Of a stretch of DNA of 64,000 nt, positions 12,210-23,490 are shown one piece after another. Under the pieces are notes generated by a model. It was not told where the DNA came from and did not search any database. It saw only the letters and a list, made by a program, of their open reading frames with translations. The stretch's first letter is position 1. Every line of letters starts with the position of its first letter. The DNA is taken from assembly GCA_051362555.1 (NCBI GenBank), contig CM120643.1, forward strand, positions 5,952,001 through 6,016,000, read 5' to 3'. The position numbers and the translations under genes were made by a program. This DNA comes from Lingula anatina. Lineage: Eukaryota > Animalia > Brachiopoda.

Positions 12210-13870
12210 TCAATGTAATCCAGACGTGCATCAGCCCACCACATCTTCCTGATGACATAGTCAATGGTCAAGGAATTAGGCCAGCCCAGTTTCTCCGTGA
12301 TCACAGATGACCGGTGCTGTCCATTCCTACACCAGCAATGTAAGGGATATGATCCCAGTCTGTCCAGTAAATATATCTGGAATAAAATGCCCAGCATGTC
12401 ATACATATTTTAAATTACTAATATAAATCAGTAAATTAGTAATATCAAACATGAGTATGCAGTCACTGACTTTATATGGGGCCATTAAGGTTTTATTATT
12501 ATTATCATTATCTACAATTTTACAATTTTTTTAGTTATTTTTCTTAACCAATTGGGTCATAATCCTATTTATGTTATATTATGGTTAAAAGCAAAATGAC
12601 AGGAATAAATAATAATTGAAAATAACCTTGTCCAAAGAAAAATATTAATGGCAGAATACATGATGAAACCACTCTGCTAAGATATGCCTAGAATCACAGT
12701 ATCATAGTAAAGAAAACTAGAATATAAGATGAAACTACTCTAGCTGCTAAGATACTGTATGCCTAGAATCACAGTATCTTGTAGAGAAGACTGAAACACA
12801 TTATGGCAGGGTTACATATGCATCACCAGACATATATATACAGCATATATATGCTGTTCTCACTAGAACACACTCCACTATGTTATGCCAAGGTAATGTT
12901 AATTTTCAAGTTTCTCTTACCCTGTAGATAGCAGCCACTGCCCTTGGGTTGGACATCTCAGTGGACAGGAGAGTCTTACCACTGGTGACATTCAACTCAG
13001 ACACAAACATCTGCTCCAGCTGGTAGTCCACCCAGTAGAGCTGGTAGTCCACCCAGTAGAGCTGGTAGTCCACCCAGTACAGCTGGTAGTCCACCCAGTA
13101 GTGCTGGTAGTCCACCCAGTAGAGCTGGTAGTCCACCCAGTAGAGCTGGTAGTCCACCCAGTAGACCTTTCTGGAAAATAATAAATTTGAACATGTACTT
13201 TCTTTTATGGACAAATCAAACACAAAAATATTCAAATATAACTGAAACTCAGCTTTTTAGAAGGGTAATATCTTTTACTAAATAATTCTATGGTAAAAAA
13301 CTCTATTCCATGTAGAACATGTATTAGATCAATAAGACAGGAATGAGACCGGTACACGGTGATAATTCCGTGTCCACTTAACTGGATAAATATAAACAAA
13401 TATCCATCACACACATTAAAAATAAACGTTAAGTATCCAGACAAAATTTCCTAATATACCATGTGTTTTAAAATCATCTCAATGTATATCTAACTATTGG
13501 GGGAAAATAGCGCAAACGACATCACTGGACAACTAGATTGCTCAACCTTAGATTTAAAATACTAAAGACATGCTAGGGGGCACCTATCTTATCCAGTTGT
13601 CCAGTACCATCAGTATATGTCTATTACCAGTACCAGTACCTTCCCATCCAATCAACTGTATATAGTAAAGACATGCTAGGGGGCACCTATCTTATCCAGC
13701 TGTCCAGTAACATCAGTATATGTCTATTACCAGTACCAGTACCTTCCCATCCAATCAACTGTATATAGTAAAGACATGCTAGGGGGCACCTATCTTATCC
13801 AGCTGTCCAGTACCATCAGTATATGTCTATTACCAGTACCAGTACCTTCCCATCCAATCAACTGTATATA
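12210..13870 (-). pseudogene. LRP2: LRP2/megalin-like YWTD beta-propeller exons (isolated, disabled fragment)
   Basis: Exon 12921-13170 (RKVYWVDYQL...EQMFVSELN...MSNPRAVA) and exon 12210-12376 ([57 protein letters not shown]), canonical AG/GT, frameshifts in both. Upstream exon end VDWMGR|gt lies inside the 103-bp repeat. LRP family is clear; LRP2 orthology is by resemblance. Confidence 0.8.
13016..13165 (-). repeat. 21-bp in-frame tandem repeat x7 (YWVDYQL)
   Basis: CTGGTAGTCCACCCAGTAGAG units, nearly perfect. Confidence 0.97.
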
Positions 13871-13946
13871 GTAAAGACATGCTAGGGGGCACCTATCTTA
13901 TCCAGCTGTCCAGTAACATCAGTATATGTCTATTACCAGTACCAGT
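13563..13946 (+). repeat. 103-bp tandem repeat x~3.7
   Basis: Units start TAAAGACATG at 13563, 13666, 13769, 13872. Confidence 0.97.
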
Positions 13947-16900
13947 CATTGGGGACAATATATTTGGGAAAACTGATATTTACATTGAAAAGACTGGCAA
14001 ATCCCAGGATTTAAAATAGTTAAATGTTAATAATTTTGTCAAATATTGTCCAATGTTTCTTAAATTTGTACAAATGATGCTTAACAACAATAGAAATCTG
14101 TGATAAGCTGATCAGTTGACTGTGTCTAATGAAAAGTGTCTTTTTGGGACAATATATTTGGGAAAACTGAAATTTACATTGAAAAGACTGGAAAATCCCA
14201 GGACTTAAAATAGATAAATGTTAATAATTTTGTCAAATCTTGTCCAATATTTCTGAAATTTTTACAAATGATGCTTAACAACAATAAAAATCTGTGATAA
14301 GATGATCAGTTGACTGTGTCTAATAAAAAGTGATTTTTGGGACAGCAAATTTGGGAAAACTGAAATTTACATTGAAAAGACTGCAAATCCCAGGACTTAA
14401 AATAGTTTAACGTTAATAATTTTGTCAAATCTTGTCCAATATTTCTGAAATTTTTACAAATGATGCTTAACAACAATAAAAATCTGTGATAACCTGATCA
14501 GTTGACTGTGTTTAATGAATAGTGTCTTTTTGCGACAATATCCCGAATCTTGCAACTTGTCATGTATTGTACACATGGATAAGACAGTGCTGCTCTTGGT
14601 GCTGTTTTTCACTGCCTGCTTCTTCATGGTAAGGGTACTCTGGAAAAAGAACAATATAACTGAAAAATCTAAAAAATTACATTGAAAAGACTGGCAAATC
14701 CAATAACTTAAAATAGTTGAACGTTAATAATTTTGTCAAATCTAATCCAATGTTTCTGAAATTTGTCCAAATGATGCTTAACAACAATAAAAATCTGTGA
14801 TAAGCTGATCAAATGACTGTGTTTAATGAAAAGTATCTTCTTTTGACAATATCTTTGAAAAAACTGAAAATTACATAGAAAAATTTGGCAAATTCCATGG
14901 CTTAAAATAGTTAAATGTTAATAATTTTGCAATGTGATTATAAAATAAAATAGCAAATGTGATGATTTGAGGTTGTTTGTGTAGGAGGTTGCAAATTACC
15001 TACAACTGTTATCTGGAAAACAATATATACCCAAACAAGACTTCTCCTTACTATCAATGCCAGATGCAGATTACTCCTTACAATGGGTTTCTGGAATGGG
15101 TTGTTGTTATCACAGTACTTGACAATGTCCTAAATCTTGTCACATATCATGAATTGTACACATGGATAAGACAAAATGCTGCTCATGGTGCTGTCTTTCA
15201 CTGCCTGCATCTTCATGGTAAGGGTACTCTGGAAAAAGAACAATATAACTGAAAAAACTGAAAATAACATAGAAAACGCTGCCAAATTCCATGACATAAA
15301 ATAGTTAAACGTTAATAAAATTTTCAAATCTAGTCCAAATATTTCTGAAATTTGTACAAATGATGCTTAACAACAATAAAAATCTGTGATTAGATGATCT
15401 GTTGACTGTATCTAATGAAAAGAGTTTTTTGGGACAACATATTTGGGAAAAATGAAATTAACATTGAAAAGACTGGCAAATCCAAGGACTTCAAATAGTT
15501 AAATGTTAATAATTTTGTCAAATCTAGTCCAATATTTCTGAAATTTGTACAAATGATGCATAACAACAATAAAAATCTGTGATTATATGATCTGTTGACT
15601 GTATCTAATGAAAAGTGTTTTTTGGGGCAACATATTTGGGAAAACTGAAATTTACATTAAAAAGACTGGCAAATCTCATGGCTTAAAATAGTTAAACATT
15701 ATTAATTTTGTCAAATCTTGTCCAATATTTCTGAAATTTGTACAAATGATGCATAACAACAATAAAAATCTGTGATAAGCTGATCAGTTGACTGTGTCAA
15801 ATGAAAAGTGTCTTTTTGTGACAATATATTTGGGAAAACTGAAATTTACATTGAAAAGACTGGCAAATCCAAGGACTTCAAATAGTTAAACGTTAATAAT
15901 TTTGTCAAATCTAGTCCAGTGTTTCTGAAATTTGTACAAATGATGCTTAACAACAATAAAAACCTGTGATAAGCTGATCAAATGACTGTGTTTAATGAAA
16001 AGTATCTTCTTTCGACAATATCCTTGAAAAAACTGAAAATTACACTGAAAAATCTGGCAAATTCCATGGCTTAAAATCGTTAAATGTTAATAATTTTGCA
16101 ATGTGATTATAAAATAAAATAGCAAATGTGATGATTTGAGGTTGTTTGTGTAGGAGGTTGCAAATTACCTATAACTGTTATCTGGAAAACAATATATACC
16201 CATACAACACTTCTCCTTACTATCAATGTCAGATGCAGATTACTCCTTACAATGGGTTTCTGAAATGGGTTGTTGTTATCACAGTATTTGACAATGTCCT
16301 AAATCTTGCCACATATCATGTATTGTACACATGGATAAGACATAGTGCTGCTCTTGGTGCTGTCTTTCACTGTCTGCTTTTCCATGGTACTCTGGAAAAA
16401 GAAGAATATAACTGAAAAAACTGAAAATTACATTGAAAAGACTGGCAAATGCAATGACTTAAAATAGTTAAACGATAATAATTTTGTCAAATCTAATCCA
16501 ATATTTCTGAAATTTGTACAAACGATGCTTAACAACAGTAAAAATCTGTGATAAGATGATCTGTTGACTGTATCTGATGAAAAGGGATTTTTGGAACAAC
16601 AAATTTGGGACAACTGAAATTTACATTGAGAAGACTGGCAAAACACAGGACTTTAAAATAGTTAAAGGTTAATAATTTTGTCAAACATTGTCCAATATTT
16701 CTGAAACTTGTACAAATAATGCTTAACAACTTTCAATATCTGTGATAAGCTGATCAAATGACTGTGTCTAATGAAAAGTATCTTCTTGCGACAATATCTT
16801 TGAAAAAACTAAAAATTACACTGAAAACGCTGGCAAATTCCAGGACTTAAAATAGATAAACGTTAATAATTTTGTCAAATCATGTCCACTATTTCTGAAA

Positions 16901-17955
16901 TTTGTACAAATGATGCTTAACAACAATAAAAATCTGTGGTTAGATGATCTGTTGACTGTATCTAATGAAAAGTGATTTTTGGGACAACATATTTGGGAAA
17001 ACTGAAATTTACATTAAAAAGACAGGCAAATCCCAGGACTTAAAGTAGTTAAACGTTAATAATTTTGTCAAATCTTGTCCAGTGTTTCTGAAATTTTTAC
17101 AAATGATGCTTAACAACAATAAAAATCTGTGATAAGCTGATAAATCATCTGTGTCTTTTTTAAGTGTCAAGTATATTGGAAATTGATAATCAGAATAGTG
17201 AGAATTAACCAAAAGAAATATTTCAGTATTGCAATGTATTATTTACTTTTAAAGAAAACAGCAAATGTGATGATTTGAGTTTGTTTGTGTAAGAGGTTGC
17301 AAATTACCTATAACTGTCATCTGGAAATCAATATATATACCCATTCAAGACTTCTTCTTGCTATCAATGCCAGATGCAGATAACTCCTCACAATGGGTTT
17401 CTGGAATCACAGTATCACAGTATTTGACAATGTCCTAAATCTTGCCACATATCACGTATTGTACACATGGATAAGACATACTGCTGCTTTTGCTGCTGTC
17501 TTTCACTGCCTGCTTTTTCATAGTAAGGGTACTCTCACATATGCTGAAACTGTCGGTCCGATCAGTCATGACCGGCAAAATTTGTCTGGACTGATAAAAA
17601 ATTGGACTTGGTCGGTCCAAAGGACCGACAAGAGTTTTAAGAGGCGCCATTTTGAATTTCCAGTCATCATTCGATGTACTTCAAGAATAAAATTATATAA
17701 AACCCAAAGCATTTTCCATTTCAAACTGACCACATTCACAAACAAAGTGAGCTACCTAATTGCAGTATCCGTCTCAAAAAAAAATTGGGTGATTTCCGGT
17801 CTGGCAAAAATCCATTCAGTCCGGCAAATTTTTCATTACTGCTGGTCCAAATGTCCAGCCATTCTGAAAAGTTTTCAGCATGTCTGTACTCTGGAAAAAG
17901 AAGAACATAATTAACTGAAAAAACTGAAAATTACATTGAAAAGACTAGCAAATCC
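13947..17955 (+). repeat. ~193-bp satellite array with higher-order spacers
   Basis: TACATTGAAAAGACTG recurs at 13981, 14175, 14368 and onward; a ~300-bp non-satellite spacer recurs at ~14950, ~16120, ~17260. Confidence 0.95.
17536..17886. mobile_element. MITE with 6-bp TSD (TACTCT)
   Basis: TIRs CACATATGCTGAAAC / GTTTTCAGCATGTCTG; empty site GGGTACTCTGGAAAAAG visible in sister repeat copies (14633, 15222). Confidence 0.88.
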
Positions 17956-18049
17956 CCTATAAATTACCTATAACTGTCATCTGGAAAACAATATATACCC
18001 ATACAAAACTTCTCCTTACTATCAATGCCAGATGCAGATTACTACTTAC

Positions 18050-19660
18050 AATGGGTTTCTGGAATGAATTGCTGGTAACTGTGACCTTGAAATTGATCTT
18101 TACACTGGCAAACAATGTTAGTTTTAAAAATATTTGACATGATCCTGTCTACCACTTCCTTGGTAGAATATCCTCCCAGTGTGGCAAGGTGGTTTGAATA
18201 TTGAAATAAATATAAAACCTTAATTAGTATAGCAGATTTATATATATACATACAACAAATGATAAGTGTTCAGATTAAAATATATTTAATTTAATCATTT
18301 ATCAAATAACCATTTAAAAAAAAATCAACTTTATAATTTATTCCATAGGTAGCTTCAGCACAACAATCACTACATTAATCATACTATTATTTTTTTAAAA
18401 CTTACCAGTAATTTCATTTAATGCTTATCTTTAAGTGTGTTTTCAACCCTTGCCACATCTTCTCTAGTCTACATAGGAAACTTAATTATATTTTAGCAGC
18501 TTTTTCAGCTTTTGCAGCAGCAATTTTCACCTTGATTGCTTTATTTCTATCAGGTCCATGGTGACAGTCCATGATGATTTCACTGAAAATCATAAAAGGT
18601 ATCAAATTCTAACTGTCCAAATGAAGTATCTTGTCTTTGATTCCATCTTATCATTTTGGTTGAGAATTTCCAGTCTCATCTTACAAATTGCACCATTCCA
18701 TCATATTTATATAATATTAATCAGCAAAACATGTTGTATTTTGCATGCAGATCTGTGGATTGTTGCTTACCAGAAAACACAATGTCCTCAAATTTCTCTT
18801 CCACTGCCAGGGCCTCCCGACACCAGTTTACTCTTTTTGGACAGTTGATCAATCTTACAAGTTGACAGTAGCCTTAACTAGCTTTCCCACTCTTCACCCA
18901 GCCAATCGTCTTTCTAAATCTCCACACAGCGCTGGATGATACAAGCAGATCTGTTAAAACAAACAAAAAAGAGGAGGATCTATATGAACTTTCAGTCAAT
19001 AAAATTTTTTCTTCATATATACAAGTGATTATTTATTTACAAATTAAATCAATACAACTAGGTAAGGTATTGCAAGTGCAGGTACATGTACTTTGACAAT
19101 TATAATAGTCCAAAAAAGAAAAACATCTTTGACTGCATTTCAAGAGATTTAGATCGATCCATCTGGATCGACCCAACTCCATGGGGGTTCAAGCTAAATT
19201 GCTGTCAGCCGAGCGTGCACGACAGTTAATTACCCCCGTACAGCTTTCAGTAGGCGGGACAGACATTTAAGCCGGTTAAGCTGACACCAATCTAGTAAGA
19301 CTCCCCAGGGGGATAGATTGATCTAAATATCTATGGGAATGGGGTCTTTTACTTATGACTTCAATCAAGTATGTGTGACTAGAATACTTCCACAGTCCCT
19401 CAGCACTGAACCCCAAAAAAATCTGTCTTTAAAACAAATATAATTTTGCAACAGTTGTTAAACTGTGATATTTTCCATTAATATGTCAAATGTTCAGTTT
19501 TCATTCCACGTTCATTCTTTTACCCTCCCTCTGCTGCTACATGTTGCTGTGGATGGCAGTGTGACAGCAGCCCTGGTGCTAGCTGTTGTTGTTGTTGTTG
19601 CAGTTGGGCTGTCACTTGAGATACCATTATCATCATCATCATCTTCATCATCATTGCCTA
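18050..19660 (-). pseudogene. Spliced DUF4806 (BEN-like, transposon-associated) pseudogene
   Basis: Exon ~18406-18582 FPM*TREDVARVENTLKDKH*MKLL|gt; exon ~18050-18200 NHLATLGGYSTKEVVDRIMSNIF...KINFK; further upstream exons ~18771-18950 and ~19523-19660 (acidic, Thr-rich). Multiple stops. Confidence 0.7.
19131..19347 (-). mobile_element. MITE (same family as 10981-11179)
   Basis: TIR-like ends GACTGCATTTCAAGAGAT...TCTATGGGAATGGGGTCT; reverse-complement homology to 10981-11179. Confidence 0.7.
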
Positions 19661-19846
19661 CTAATTAATTAATTTTTTTTTTTTTTTTTTTTACAAAACC
19701 CACCAAGAGCAGGGTGGCCTTATGTCCCACGCGGGACGAAGAGCAATGATGATGATGACCAAGAGCAGGCAAATCTTCTAGATCAATTGTGCATAGTGGT
19801 TCTGTGAATCCACAGATCGCAGTGTCTAAGCACAATATTTGACAAT

Positions 19847-20083
19847 GGGAGCATTCACATCAAAAGTGCTGAGGTCTAGTAAGGCTGCGACCTAAATATG
19901 GCATCCCTGCAGGGGCACAGTAACTATCTCGGCTCAATTCTACCGGTCGAGGGACAACGCGTGGGGAGGCATGTGAGAGGGGGAGAGACCACTACAGGAT
20001 AAGCGGTCTTCCTTTCATGTAGGTCCGCCATATTTAGGTTGAAGCCTTACTAGACCTCGGCTCTTCTCGATGTGAATGCTCCC
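19847..20083. mobile_element. PIF/Harbinger-type MITE, TSD AAT
   Basis: ~55-bp TIRs GGGAGCATTCACATC...GATGTGAATGCTCCC; empty site TTGACAATGTCCTAAATC seen in sister repeat copies. Confidence 0.9.
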
Positions 20084-20645
20084 AATGTCCTAAATCTTGA
20101 AACATCCCACGACTTAAAATAGTTAAACGTTATTCATTTTGTCAAACCTTGTCCATTATTTCTGAAATTTTAAAAAATGATGCTTAAAAAGAATAAAAAT
20201 CTGTGATAAGCTGATCAAATGACTGTGTCTAATGAAAAGTTTCTTCTTCAGACAATATCTTTGAAAAAACTGGAAATTACACTGAAAACACTGGCAAATT
20301 CCACGACTCAAAACAGCTAAACGTTAATAATTTTGACAAATCTTGTCCAATGTTTCTGAAATCTATACAAATGATGCTTAACAACAATAAAAATCTGTGA
20401 TAAGCTGATCAGTTGTCTGTGTCTCATTTTAAGTGTCAAGTTTATTGGAACTTTATAATCAGAAGTGTGAGACTTAACCAATTTGAAAAGAAATATTTCA
20501 ATATTGCAATGTAATATTTACTCTCAAAGAAAACAGCAAATGTAATGATTTGAGTTTGTTTGTGTAGGGGGTTGCAAATTACCTATAACTGTCATCTGGA
20601 AAACAATATATACCCATACAAGACTTCTTCTTGCTATCAATGGCA
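20084..20645 (+). repeat. Continuation of the ~193-bp satellite and spacer
   Basis: Same unit and spacer sequence as 13947-17955. Confidence 0.92.
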
Positions 20646-21478
20646 AATGTGATCCATGACAGCTAACCTGCTGAGAGTGAATGGCACCCTATGTGGACAA
20701 GTTGGGAATGCTGGAATTGATAACAGGTGACTACATACAGCTTTTTCAATAGAAGTATATGAATCAGCTTTGCAACAGTTTTAGCAATGGACCAATATCT
20801 GTACTTTAAAGCTGGGACATAATTTTATATCATGTTTTCAAACAAAGAAGTTGGTATTTTCTGGTCAAATGCACCCATTACTTGTCTCTTAATTCACCGA
20901 GTTTACTAAATTGACAAGCAATCTTTACAGCTTCAGTAAGGTCATAACCCACTACCTGACAATCCATTTCTTTGATATCCATCTTCATTCTAAGCAATAC
21001 TTACCACACCCTTCCTCATTACTGTCATTGCTTCAGTCATTGCTGTGGTAACATCTCCAAGTTAAGTTGATACAGCAACAATATTACAACATACAAACAT
21101 ATATGGAGGACATGTGTGATCCACAGGAAGACAATAAAAAATACATCTTTAAAACAATCTACTTTATTTTCAAGTGTCTTAAAACTGTTCCTTCACTTTC
21201 TTTGACAAAGCATTAAAATACCTGGGTAATTTACATTAAAATTCTTACATCATTAGCAGCACAAATTCACCTAAATATCTGGCATTACATTGAACAAGAT
21301 GAAAAACTTGCTGAAAGGCTGTGATTAAGCAGCATTACAGATTCAAAAATTCACTGAAATATGTAAAGATCCAGAAGACAATGAGATCTACTTATGAAGA
21401 TTTATGAAACTCATGTTGTTATCTGACCATCTTGAAAATAAGCCTGCGGTCATTGCGTTTTATCATTTTTATTTTAAT

Positions 21479-21942
21479 ATAGTCCTGTGCCTCCTAGTAC
21501 AGTGTAGTAGTCTGCAGTCATTGTGTTCCATTGTGGCAGTATAGTCCTGTGCCTCCTAGTACAGTGTAGTAGTCTGGAGTCATTGTGTTCCATTGTGGCA
21601 GTATAGTCCTGTGCCTCCTAGTACAGTGTAGTAGTCTGGAGTCATTGTGTTCCATTGTAGCAGTATAGACCTGTGCCTTCTAGTACAGTGTAGTAGTCTG
21701 GAGTCATTGTGTTCTATTGTGGCGGTATAGTCCTGTGCCTCCTAGTACAGTGTAGTAGTCTGGAGTCATTGTGTTCCATTGTGGCAGTATAGTCCTGTGC
21801 CTCCTAGTACAGTGTAGTAGTCTGGAGTCATCGTGTTCCATTGTGGCAGTATAGTCCTGTGCCTCCTAGTACAGTGTAGTAGTCTCGAGTCATTGTGTTT
21901 CATTGTGGCAGTATAGTCCTGTGCCTCCTAGTACAGCGTAGT
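21479..21942 (+). repeat. 62-bp minisatellite x~7.5
   Basis: ATAGTCCTGTGCCTCCTAGTACAGTG units at 21479, 21541, 21603 ... 21913. Confidence 0.97.
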
Positions 21943-21989
21943 GTGGAGTCAGATAATGGTCTGGAAAAGACAAAAAAGTCAGTGATGAG

Positions 21990-22407
21990 GCAGTATGGGC
22001 GGGCCACTGTAGAGTATGGGCGGGCCACTGTAGAAGAACGCAAGCGTCTAGATATGGTCACATCAACGTGCGGCAAAATCATCGGTCTGGAACTCCCCTC
22101 TCTAGGTGCCATCTATACTAATAGATCAGTAACAAAGACAGAGAAAATCATGTCTGACTATACCCACCCCGCACATGGGCTTTTTAAATTTTTACCGAGC
22201 AACTGCAGGCTTTTAACTTTTAAGGGATCTAAAAGGTTTTTAAAGAGTTTTTACCCATCTGCTGTGTCTTATTTTAACAACAAAAATGGAAATTTATAAT
22301 TGCTTTTTTATAATTTGTAACCCGAATAGCAGTCCAATTTCCGTTTTATATGAATTTTATATTTATATATTAATGGCTGAATAAACTCTTATCTCTTATC
22401 TTATCTT
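21990..22407 (+). mobile_element. 5'-truncated Rex1/Babar-type LINE 3' end
   Basis: YGRATVEERKRLD...KIIGLELPSL..IY...IMSDYTHPAHGLFKFLPS...RFLKSFYPSAV (DUF1891-type RT C-terminus), then AATAAA and (TCTTA)n tail. Confidence 0.85.
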
Positions 22408-23275
22408 TTTTCCTCAAGATCCAGAAAATAAGAGTAATAAAATTTCACCAGGTTTATCACATCAAATAAACTCCAAAGAAATATTTAGTGTTGTTGTGAG
22501 TCAAGGCTGAAGCATACACTGTACCAGTACTGATAATAAAGAGGTGGGTTTATAGTGCTTTCTGAAACTCAGGATGGTAGTGCTAGTACACGTAAGTGGA
22601 CACTCCATGGGAAGTTTGTGTTATTCATAATTCAGTCCATATATTAATATTTCGACAGATGACTCTAGAGGAACAAGAAGGTCTATACTTATAAATTATA
22701 ATAGAAGAAACAATGTCAGTTCTCCTGTTAATTATCTCACCTTCATAAGCCATTGGGTAATTGCAGATGAAAAGGGAATGACAGAACTTGAAGTAAATGA
22801 CCGCGTGCAATCTTGCCATTTCTCCATAGCACTTTTAATCTGCAGCAGCTACGTTCTGTAGCACATTGTAAAATCTTCACCAGCACATTGCATCGTGATG
22901 TGAACAGTGAACAACTGACACAGTCGATACCACAATGGCACATGTGTCCTTCACTTCAGATGTCTCATCCTAAGCTCACCGATAAAGTTTGCCAACAGAA
23001 TCTATAACAAAACCATCTAAGAAAAGTGTCTTGATGGAAGGTGACACTCAGTGTTCAGAACGTTTGATGAAAATTCCGGCTTTTCAGCGTCACCCTTTGC
23101 CTACGCCATATCAAAATTGTTAAGTATAGATGGCGCTGTGCAAGAGGTGGGACTTTGGATTTGCAATGGACTTCGGCCAGTATCAGCAACATGTTCACCT
23201 CCTGCTTTCCAAGAAACTAGTACAAGGAGGGAGGGGGAGCATCGCAACAGATATGGCCAGGATCCAGACACTGTG

Positions 23276-23278
<3 letters not shown>

Positions 23279-23331
<53 letters not shown>
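23279..23331. repeat. (TA)n microsatellite
   Basis: Directly visible. Confidence 0.98.
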
Positions 23332-23334
<3 letters not shown>

Positions 23335-23384
23335 GATTTGAATTTAGCAGGAAGGCAAGGTCGAGAGCTTCAACGAAGCGTCAA

Positions 23385-23432
23385 TCTGATTGGTTTAAAG
23401 TTAAGCAAGCAATACAGGAACCATCCAATGAA
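23385..23432 (+). promoter_or_regulatory. Candidate CCAAT boxes upstream of the orphan gene
   Basis: TGATTGG at ~23387 and CCAATG at ~23425, 60-100 bp upstream of ATG 23491. Position only, no functional evidence. Confidence 0.3.
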
Positions 23433-23490
23433 ATTTCTTTATACAATAATTGTTCCTGTTTATTGTTTTAGTAAACAAAGCAAAGAGACA

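Noticed and set aside
12997-13194. Gly/Leu-rich LLGGLPA repeat protein
   Set aside because: Alternative frame of the 21-bp repeat in the LRP exon.
17393-17914. 173-aa ORF
   Set aside because: Chimeric read-through of satellite spacer and an inserted MITE.
20650-21450. Possible decayed coding sequence
   Set aside because: No family motif recognised in the frames examined, and stops are present.
13563-21942. CRISPR-like appearance of the 103-, 193- and 62-bp arrays
   Set aside because: Units are contiguous tandem copies without unique spacers; no cas genes; eukaryotic context.
22740-23275. GC-richer AG/GT-bounded segment and overlapping short ORFs
   Set aside because: The minus-strand exon candidate has stops in all frames and no recognisable motif.
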